A DNA stretch of 64,000 nucleotides, from the IMG/VR virus record IMGVR_UViG_3300025687_000023. One strand, given 5' to 3'. Below the pieces are notes generated by a model, which was not told where the DNA came from, made no database searches, and worked only from the letters and a program-made list of their open reading frames with translations. This document shows positions 57,414-64,000 of the stretch, piece after piece. Every line of letters starts with the position of its first letter. The stretch's first letter is position 1. Both the position numbers and the translations under genes were made by a program. The DNA comes from an uncultured virus (IMG/VR IMGVR_UViG_3300025687_000023) (lineage: Duplodnaviria; Heunggongvirae; Uroviricota; Caudoviricetes).

Positions 57414-58730
57414 ATGGCTGTTTTTAAGTTTGGAGAAAATGATGTCTTTGTGAATACTTTGGAAGCTTATCCCGAGACTAGCTTCTATATTCATTCAGGC
57501 ACCGTTGTTATTGATTCAATCCCTGATCTTTCAGGAGCCAATCAATCAAACATTCTTCATGTTGATGATGGACACATTTCTCTATATGAGATAAACGTTG
57601 ATAGGCCAGATGGACAAGAGATATCGGCTTCAATAACAGCAGATGGTATTCGTTCTTATCCTTCAGCATTATCTGTTGAAGGTTTGTATGCATACAATGT
57701 TGTGTATAGCAAAGGACAAGAGATTCCAGTTTCTTACAATCTGTCAGGAACAATTTCTCAATATTATTATCCTGAACAATCAAATCCAGGTACTAAATTA
57801 GATAGACTAAACAAAGATCAAATATTAAACAATACCCCTCCATTCAACGGCAGAGTAATCCACGGAGTAAAGACAGCACTTCCTGAAGAGTCTCCGAACG
57901 CTTCAACATATGAAGGCTATCCTGTTCCTTATTCAATCGAGGGATTGTTAGACAAATACTCTTTTCAATCTCCTCATTTTAAAATGAAAACAGTAGCGCC
58001 TTTACCCGAAAGAGACCTTAGAACGGCCGAAATGTCTGTTATTTCGATTCCTTCGATATTCTATGGGTCAAAGATTAAGAAAGGATCTGTTGAGCTAAAT
58101 TACTATGTTTCTGGCTCTAAAATAGGAACCCTCACTGATAGAGGTAGAAGAGGAGAACTAATTCAAACTGGTCCTGCTGGTTCAACAGGATCTGGTTCAG
58201 TTGCTGGTCTTGTGTTTTACCAAGAAGGAATCATTGTTTTAACAGGCTCTTGGCAATTAGGCGAGGACAATAACATTAATTATTCTGGTTCCTCCGATAC
58301 AATAAACAAGTGGACACACTTTGGATCAGGCTTACACAAAGATATTTCAAGCTTCTCAACACTTCCCTCGGCTTCTTTCTCAATTGATTTTCAAGGAACT
58401 ACAAGAATTCCAACAATGGGAATGCTTTGCAGAGCCCCGTTTTCTGAATTAAATTGGTCAAACAATCCAACATTTGTAAACCACAACTCTGCTTACTATG
58501 GAACGTTCGGATCTTCTTCGATTCATTACAAAGAAAATGAAGTTGATGTTGCAAATATCACACACACAGAGTTAGTCGACTACGTTCCGGAACAAGTTAA
58601 AGAAACCTACATATCAAAAGTTGCAATCTATGATGAAAAGAAAAACCTGATTGGTGTTGCAAAAGTTGCCAATCCTGTTCGCAAGACACCGGATCGTTCA
58701 TATTTATTTAAATTAAAATTAGATTTATAG
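57414..58730 (+). CDS. virion structural protein (paralog of ORF 56263)
   Basis: GLVFYQEGIIV, ELNWSNNPT, YISKVAIY..LIGVAKVANPVRK..KLKLDL; AGGAGG SD. Confidence 0.65.
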   Translation: MAVFKFGENDVFVNTLEAYPETSFYIHSGTVVIDSIPDLSGANQSNILHVDDGHISLYEINVDRPDGQEISASITADGIRSYPSALSVEGLYAYNVVYSKGQEIPVSYNLSGTISQYYYPEQSNPGTKLDRLNKDQILNNTPPFNGRVIHGVKTALPEESPNASTYEGYPVPYSIEGLLDKYSFQSPHFKMKTVAPLPERDLRTAEMSVISIPSIFYGSKIKKGSVELNYYVSGSKIGTLTDRGRRGELIQTGPAGSTGSGSVAGLVFYQEGIIVLTGSWQLGEDNNINYSGSSDTINKWTHFGSGLHKDISSFSTLPSASFSIDFQGTTRIPTMGMLCRAPFSELNWSNNPTFVNHNSAYYGTFGSSSIHYKENEVDVANITHTELVDYVPEQVKETYISKVAIYDEKKNLIGVAKVANPVRKTPDRSYLFKLKLDL

Positions 58731-58759
58731 TTGACAACCTTCACAATATATGTTATAAT
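58731..58759 (+). promoter_or_regulatory. sigma70-type promoter, consensus with extended -10
   Basis: TTGACA 58731-58736, 17-bp spacer ending TGn, TATAAT 58754-58759. Confidence 0.9.
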
Positions 58760-58767
58760 AGATTATT

Positions 58768-59283
58768 ATGATTATTTTAGGACTAGATATTAGCTCAAGT
58801 AGAGTTGGTTATTGTTTGATAAACGAAAACGAAGAATTGCTTCTTGTTGATGAGATCAAATTTAAAACTGATCTCGAACTTGAAGAACGAGCCGATGTCT
58901 TTAAAAAAACAATGGAAATAATAAAAGAACATTCGGAGGTAGATTATGTTTTCATCGAACAACCATTCATGGCATTCTCCGGAGGCAAAACAACAGCGGT
59001 TACAATGGCCAAGCTACAACGTTTTAATGGTATGTGTAGCTATGTGGTTCATAATTTATTTGGCAGCCCTCCGACTCTCCTTCAGGCAAACAAAGCTCGG
59101 GGTCTCGTTGATCTCAAAATTAAAAGGGGCGAGAACACGAAGCTCAAGGTTATTGAGTGGGTTCAAGAGAAATACCCAACATCTTTTTTAATTGAATATA
59201 CTTCTCATGGAAACCCAAAGCCCGGAACCGATGATAAAGCCGATGCAGTTGTTATAGCAAATGCTGGATTAAAAACTATTTAG
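58768..59283 (+). CDS. ruvC: RuvC-like Holliday junction resolvase
   Basis: ILGLDISS..GY, VFIEQP, DDKADAVVIA acidic residues. Confidence 0.8.
   Translation: MIILGLDISSSRVGYCLINENEELLLVDEIKFKTDLELEERADVFKKTMEIIKEHSEVDYVFIEQPFMAFSGGKTTAVTMAKLQRFNGMCSYVVHNLFGSPPTLLQANKARGLVDLKIKRGENTKLKVIEWVQEKYPTSFLIEYTSHGNPKPGTDDKADAVVIANAGLKTI
59275..59282 (+). promoter_or_regulatory. putative late promoter motif ACTATTTA
   Basis: Overlaps the resolvase stop codon; upstream of the GAGGA SD and ATG 59303. Confidence 0.5.
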
Positions 59284-59302
59284 ACATAAAAGAGGAAAAA
59301 TT

Positions 59303-59761
59303 ATGTCAAATGATATGAAAGTGATCATGGAGAATTGGAGAAAGAAAACTTTAAACGAAGCTCCAATACAAACCGTTGGGCAACTAAAGAAAGTTATAAA
59401 TTCTTATCGCTTAGCTCAAGCTGGAAAAGAAGCAGGAAAGAAAGCATTAGAACAAATAATTGACGAAGTACCAGTAGTTGGAACCTTAAAAAGAATCTGG
59501 GGTAACGCAAAAGATGCCAAAGAAATAGTTGCCAAAATGATGGGTGCTGAGGATGAGTTCAAAACACAGACCGGCTTAGATCTATTGAATATGAATGATA
59601 ATGTTTCTAAAATTGTTGACGACAGAATAGAACAAAATTTTATAAATCGTTTTTTAATGTTTCTTAATGGATTAGAAGATAATGATCCTATACCAAATGT
59701 TGAAGAAAAATTCAGTGAGTTTTTAAAAACTACTTTTGATCAACATGATGTTAAAAAATAA
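59303..59761 (+). CDS. hypothetical protein with a MKVIMENWRKKTLNE leader (putative head-internal)
   Basis: Short basic leader ending in L-x-E; preceded by the late motif. Confidence 0.6.
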   Translation: MSNDMKVIMENWRKKTLNEAPIQTVGQLKKVINSYRLAQAGKEAGKKALEQIIDEVPVVGTLKRIWGNAKDAKEIVAKMMGAEDEFKTQTGLDLLNMNDNVSKIVDDRIEQNFINRFLMFLNGLEDNDPIPNVEEKFSEFLKTTFDQHDVKK

Positions 59762-59771
59762 AAAATAATTC

Positions 59772-59799
59772 TTGACAAATTTTCAAAACGTGTTATACT
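59772..59799 (+). promoter_or_regulatory. sigma70-type promoter with extended -10
   Basis: TTGACA 59772-59777, 16-bp spacer ending TGn, TATACT 59794-59799. Confidence 0.8.
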
Positions 59800-59817
59800 A
59801 AAATCACGGAGGAAATT

Positions 59818-60753
59818 ATGGAAGAAAAAAGAAAGATGTTAACCGACATCCTCGGTTCATATTATCAAAAAGGTAATGAGCATTTGTATCACTGTCCTTT
59901 TTGTAAACACCACAAGAAGAAAATGTCTGTAAACTTTGCAAACGGATTCTTTAAGTGCTGGGTTTGTGATGTTCGCGGAAAGAACATTTACAGAATTGTA
60001 AGAAGATTTGGCAACTATCAACAACGACAACGTTGGTTGGAGTTGGACGGTAGACTTGATCTCGCAGACTTTGATAAAATATATAAAGAAGTAAACGAGA
60101 TTGAAGAAGAACCAACATGTGATTTACCACCAGAAATGATCTCACTTTGTAACAAGCATCTTCCTCGTTCTTCTGAAAGGGCTCTTGACTATCTACACTC
60201 TCGAGGTATTGACGATTACCAAATAAAGTTATGGAAGATTGGTTATTGCACCGAGGGAAGATATTCAGGCAGAATTATTATTCCATCTTTCAACCAAAAT
60301 GGAGATCCAAATTTCTTTATTGCTCGTTCTTATGTCGGACACAGAATGAAATACCTCAACCCAAGAACCACAAAGGACATAATTTTCAACGAACTAATGA
60401 TTGATTGGGATGAGCCCGTTGTAATTGTTGAAGGAGCCTTTGATGCTATTGTCGCAGGAACACAAGGCATTCCTATTCTTGGTTCAACCCTTAGACCAGA
60501 GTCTCGCTTATTTCAAGCTCTTGCAATAAACGACACACCAGTTTACATAGGACTTGACCAAGATGCGGAGAAGAAAGCATCGTGGATGATTAAGAAGATG
60601 ATTGAATACGACATGGAAGTCTATAAAATAGACACTACAGCCGTTGAAGACATTGGGTCTATGACACCACGACAATTCGAGAACGCAAAAGATAGGGCTC
60701 AACCAATAGACCCCGACTATTTCTTTTTTGACAAACTATTAAACGCTATCTAA
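59818..60753 (+). CDS. DNA primase (Zn finger + TOPRIM, DnaG/gp61-like)
   Basis: CPFC..FKCWVC, YLHSRGI, GRIIIP, KYLNP, VEGAFD, LDQDA. Confidence 0.9.
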   Translation: MEEKRKMLTDILGSYYQKGNEHLYHCPFCKHHKKKMSVNFANGFFKCWVCDVRGKNIYRIVRRFGNYQQRQRWLELDGRLDLADFDKIYKEVNEIEEEPTCDLPPEMISLCNKHLPRSSERALDYLHSRGIDDYQIKLWKIGYCTEGRYSGRIIIPSFNQNGDPNFFIARSYVGHRMKYLNPRTTKDIIFNELMIDWDEPVVIVEGAFDAIVAGTQGIPILGSTLRPESRLFQALAINDTPVYIGLDQDAEKKASWMIKKMIEYDMEVYKIDTTAVEDIGSMTPRQFENAKDRAQPIDPDYFFFDKLLNAI

Positions 60754-60760
60754 CTATTTA
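60753..60760 (+). promoter_or_regulatory. putative late promoter motif ACTATTTA
   Basis: Abuts the primase stop; upstream of the AAGGAG SD and ATG 60781. Confidence 0.55.
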
Positions 60761-60780
60761 TTTGTAAAGGAGATTTTGCT

Positions 60781-61260
60781 ATGAAAATAACAAACGCACA
60801 ACTAAAACAAATAATCAAAGAAGAACTTAATAAAGTCTTAAAAGAATCCTATTCAGGAGAATACTTTCGTCCTGCCGAGTTTGACCCAAGAGCAAAAAAG
60901 AATTACCCACAACATTCTGATAAACTAACAGACATGTATAAAGATGATCCGGCCCAAGCTATGTCTTTGGCTAGTGCACTGGAAGAACCACTTGATATCG
61001 AAGTAGGTGAAAACGAAAACAGTATGTATGGTGGTCCGTTTTTGAAGCGCCTTATAGGACAACCCAGACACAACTATGAACCAATTTATAGACACTTTCG
61101 TTCTTGGGTTTATGATAATTATAGAGGTAGAACTGGTGATGAATCTTTTAGTAACGAAAACATCTTAAACCATTATGAACAAGTACATGGAAAACAAAAA
61201 GCTGATATTGTAAGAACTTATAATACAATGGAAACTTTTAAAAAGTACATCAATAAATAA
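60781..61260 (+). CDS. putative head-internal protein with MKITNAQLKQIIKEEL leader
   Basis: Leader family member ending VLKE. Confidence 0.65.
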   Translation: MKITNAQLKQIIKEELNKVLKESYSGEYFRPAEFDPRAKKNYPQHSDKLTDMYKDDPAQAMSLASALEEPLDIEVGENENSMYGGPFLKRLIGQPRHNYEPIYRHFRSWVYDNYRGRTGDESFSNENILNHYEQVHGKQKADIVRTYNTMETFKKYINK

Positions 61261-61267
61261 AAAAAAC

Positions 61268-61296
61268 TTGACAAATCCTCCGTAATGTGTTATAAT
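61268..61296 (+). promoter_or_regulatory. sigma70-type promoter, consensus with extended -10
   Basis: TTGACA 61268-61273, 17-bp spacer ending TGn, TATAAT 61291-61296. Confidence 0.9.
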
Positions 61297-61321
61297 AAAA
61301 ACACTTAATTACGGAGGATTT
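61273..61321 (+). repeat. perfect 14-bp inverted repeat pairing the promoter spacer with the SD
   Basis: AAATCCTCCGTAAT (61273-61286) is the reverse complement of ATTACGGAGGATTT (61308-61321); inner GTGTT/AACAC pair. Confidence 0.9.
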
Positions 61322-64000
61322 ATGATTAAGAAACCACTTCGTCTGGCGCACTTCGCTGACACCCACATCCGGAATCTAAAATTTCATGATGAATACAGAT
61401 TTGTATTCAATCAAATTTATAAAAAACTATTATCACAAAAACCAGATTATATAATTCATTGTGGGGATCTGGCTCACACCAAAACTCAATTGTCACCAGA
61501 GTATTTTGCTCTGGCCTCTGAGTTTTTAAAAAACCTAGCTGACATAGCACCAACCTACATTATTCTTGGAAACCATGACGGTAATCTAAAGAACTCTGAT
61601 AGGGAAGATGCTGTGTCTCCCATAGTTAATGCCCTAAACCATCCACAATTGCATTTGCTAAAGAATTCTGGTCGTGTATCTCCACAACCTGGTTTGTCTT
61701 TCAACGTTCTTTCAATCTTTGACAGAGACGGTTGGATGCGACCAAAGACCGGAGACATAAACATTGCTCTTTATCATGGTGCTGTTATGGGTTCAAGAAC
61801 AGGTTCAGGTTGGGCTATGGAACACGGAGACGACGACATAAGCATTTTCAAAGACCACGACTTTGTTATGCTTGGAGATATTCATAAGCCTCAAATCTTA
61901 GATACAGAAGGTCGTGTCCAATATGCTGGTTCGACAATTCAACAGAACTTTTCAGAAGATGGACGCAAAGGTTATAAGCTATGGACAATAAGATCTAAAG
62001 ATGACTTTGATTGTCAGCATGTAATCTTTACAAATCCTCGACCATTTATCACAGTAGACCTAGACCAAAAGGGTGGCATCCCTCAACACATTCATGTGCC
62101 TCACGGTTGCCGTCTAAGATTAATCTCGACAACAAATTTAGATAGTGCTACAATCCGCAAGATTACCGATTTAGCACGTTCTAAGTATAACCCTATCTCT
62201 TTGACCTTTTTAAACAAAGGCACCTCTCAATTCACAACCTCGGGCGGAGAAGAGCATAAAATGGAGAACATGCGTGATGCTTCCATTCAAGAACAGTATA
62301 TTCGAGATTATTTAAAAGATTATGACTTAGAAGAAGACTTGATGCGTCAAGTGCTTGAATTAAATACTAAATACAATATAGAGGTTGAGAAGAATGAAGA
62401 AGTCCGAAGAAACGTCAAATGGAATATTAAAGAGATGGAGTTCTCAAATCTTTTCAATTATGGACAAGGGAATAGAATGGATTTTGATAATCTTTCTGGA
62501 ACTGTTGGCATTTTTGGGAAGAACTACAGTGGGAAGTCTTCTGTTATTGATTCTGCTCTTTATGGCATTTTTGGCGGAACCTCCAAGTCCGAAAAGAAAA
62601 ACGTTCACCTCGTCAATCAAAACAAAGACAAAGCCTCTATTAGAATGGTTGTGGAAGCAGATGGTCAAGAGTATCAAATTACTCGCAATCTTAATAAATC
62701 TTATAAGACCGTCAAAGGAAAGTCCGTCGCTACTGCCTCTGGTGATCTTGATTTCCATAATCTCACTACCGATTCTTCGTGCAATGGGGATTCTGTAAAA
62801 GACACTGAGGCTAACATAAGAAAGATCTTTGGTGCAATTGAAGACTTTATGATAACCTCAATGGCTTCTCAAATGGATTCTCTTTCTTTTATAAACGAAG
62901 GCTCAACCAAGCGTAAGAATACACTTGCAAAATTTCTTGATTTGGATATCTTCGAACAAAAGTTAAATTTTGCAAAGAAAGATTCTTCCGAGATTTCTGC
63001 CCTAATCAAACGTCTCAAAGGAAAGAAGCTTGGAGAACTATTGGTTGCAAAGCAAGAAGAAGTTGAGGAGATTAATGATGATATAGACCAACAAACAGAT
63101 TTATGCAAAAAGCATACCAATCGTTATGAAGAGTTGTTAAAAGAATTAGCAGACATAGAACAAGAAATCAACTCTATTCCTCAACAAATTATTGACATTG
63201 ATGAGTTAGAAGATGAAGTTGATAGACTTGAAGTCGAGATTCACAAAGCAGGTGTCAAGGTCTCTGGTAACAAAATCACAATAAAAGAAAACCTATTAGT
63301 AATCGAACAAGCAGATATTACTGTAAGCTCCATAAATGAACACAGACTTGCGCAAATAATAGAGCAGTGTAGTGACTATGAAAAGACTTTAAAAGGCTAT
63401 CAAAAGGAACTAGAGGCTCTTAAAACAAAAGAAAAACAATCCATTAAGAAGATAAGCATGCTTCATGATCACGAGTATGATCCAAACTGCCAATTCTGTT
63501 CCAACAATAAATTTGTCAAAGATGCAACAAAAGCAAAAGATTATCTACCAACCCTTGAACAAGAAATTGAAGAGGTCGAGAAAATAATTGATGGTTATAA
63601 GTTAAAAATCTTTGGTCTTGACAAAGAGTCAGCTCAAAAAGAATTGCAAGTTCTTGATGATAATGTAAAGAAAAGAGATAAGTTTATTCAAATAAACAAA
63701 AACTTGGAGATAACAAACGAGTCTCTTGTGTCAAAAATCTCTCTTATGTGTAATCAAAAAGCTTCTCTCGAACAACAACGAGACGAATATAACCAAAACC
63801 GTCAAGCAATTGAGAATCTTTCTTCTCTTGTTAAAACAAAGAACGCTGTAAAACTAAAAATGAACGAAGCAAAAGAACGCAAGGAAAAGTGCGACAAGAA
63901 AATTCAAGACCTTCTTATTGAGCTTGGAGCTGTTAAAAGCACCATCAAGCGTTTAAATGTCGAAAAGAAAGAACAGGATGATCTCGAAGAATCTTTCATA
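61322..64000 (+). CDS. Mre11/SbcD nuclease fused to Rad50/SbcC ATPase (gp47-gp46 fusion), truncated by the window end
   Basis: Manual translation is open for 893 codons: ADTH, CGDL, GNHD, LGDIH, YAGS..QQNFSE phosphoesterase motifs; FSNLFNYG, GKNYSGKS Walker A (62516-62539), coiled coil, CQFC zinc hook (63488-63499); GGAGG SD. Confidence 0.92.
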   Translation, partial: MIKKPLRLAHFADTHIRNLKFHDEYRFVFNQIYKKLLSQKPDYIIHCGDLAHTKTQLSPEYFALASEFLKNLADIAPTYIILGNHDGNLKNSDREDAVSPIVNALNHPQLHLLKNSGRVSPQPGLSFNVLSIFDRDGWMRPKTGDINIALYHGAVMGSRTGSGWAMEHGDDDISIFKDHDFVMLGDIHKPQILDTEGRVQYAGSTIQQNFSEDGRKGYKLWTIRSKDDFDCQHVIFTNPRPFITVDLDQKGGIPQHIHVPHGCRLRLISTTNLDSATIRKITDLARSKYNPISLTFLNKGTSQFTTSGGEEHKMENMRDASIQEQYIRDYLKDYDLEEDLMRQVLELNTKYNIEVEKNEEVRRNVKWNIKEMEFSNLFNYGQGNRMDFDNLSGTVGIFGKNYSGKSSVIDSALYGIFGGTSKSEKKNVHLVNQNKDKASIRMVVEADGQEYQITRNLNKSYKTVKGKSVATASGDLDFHNLTTDSSCNGDSVKDTEANIRKIFGAIEDFMITSMASQMDSLSFINEGSTKRKNTLAKFLDLDIFEQKLNFAKKDSSEISALIKRLKGKKLGELLVAKQEEVEEINDDIDQQTDLCKKHTNRYEELLKELADIEQEINSIPQQIIDIDELEDEVDRLEVEIHKAGVKVSGNKITIKENLLVIEQADITVSSINEHRLAQIIEQCSDYEKTLKGYQKELEALKTKEKQSIKKISMLHDHEYDPNCQFCSNNKFVKDATKAKDYLPTLEQEIEEVEKIIDGYKLKIFGLDKESAQKELQVLDDNVKKRDKFIQINKNLEITNESLVSKISLMCNQKASLEQQRDEYNQNRQAIENLSSLVKTKNAVKLKMNEAKERKEKCDKKIQDLLIELGAVKSTIKRLNVEKKEQDDLEESFI

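Noticed and set aside
2633..63120. All minus-strand ORFs and short alternative-frame plus ORFs in the track (e.g. 2739-2975, 6522-6875, 29857-30270, 62385-62798)
   Set aside because: They overlap longer, motif-bearing + strand genes and show no recognisable motifs; treated as shadow ORFs
1..64000. Stop-codon reassignment (as in some large phages)
   Set aside because: TAA, TAG and TGA all end genes at sensible boundaries and very long ORFs are intact under the standard code
1..64000. Eukaryotic giant virus or bacterial chromosome origin (suggested by the PMM, Mre11-Rad50 fusion and sugar operon)
   Set aside because: SD sequences, sigma70 promoters, overlapping operons, a gp55-like sigma and gp25/gp6 baseplate genes indicate a tailed bacteriophage
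61261..64000. Apparent long non-coding region or ncRNA at the right end
   Set aside because: It is one open frame from ATG 61322 running off the window

Overview
AT-rich, gene-dense fragment with essentially all genes on the + strand, from a large T4-like (myovirus/jumbo) phage genome; standard genetic code; no tRNA, rRNA or CRISPR array is visible and the intergenic gaps are too short to hold one. Left part (1-11.9 kb): a mosaic of putative head-internal proteins sharing an N-terminal MKI/VxKxxLxxIIKEE leader, plus a eukaryote-type HAD phosphomannomutase, an HNH nuclease, a cytidylyltransferase, PIN-PhoH, two HEXXH metallopeptidases and a Cas4-like nuclease. Middle (12-22.7 kb): an 11-gene glycan synthesis/transfer operon. 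Then a gp55-like late sigma factor and a ~34 kb baseplate/tail module (M15 peptidase hub, HxH spike, 2700-aa protein, gp25, gp6, LamG proteins, tail-collar-like proteins). Right end: RuvC-like resolvase, primase and an Mre11-Rad50 (SbcD-SbcC) fusion that is missing from the ORF track, alternating with leader-bearing cassette genes. Two promoter classes can be read directly: seven sigma70 promoters with an extended -10 (TTGACA-N16/17-TATAAT-like) and a recurrent nCTAWTTA motif (putative late promoter), which in three cases sits exactly 12 nt before an SD-less start codon. Several sigma70 promoters are built into hairpins that would hide the downstream ribosome-binding site on read-through transcripts. 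All protein calls are motif-based, made by eye without database searches.
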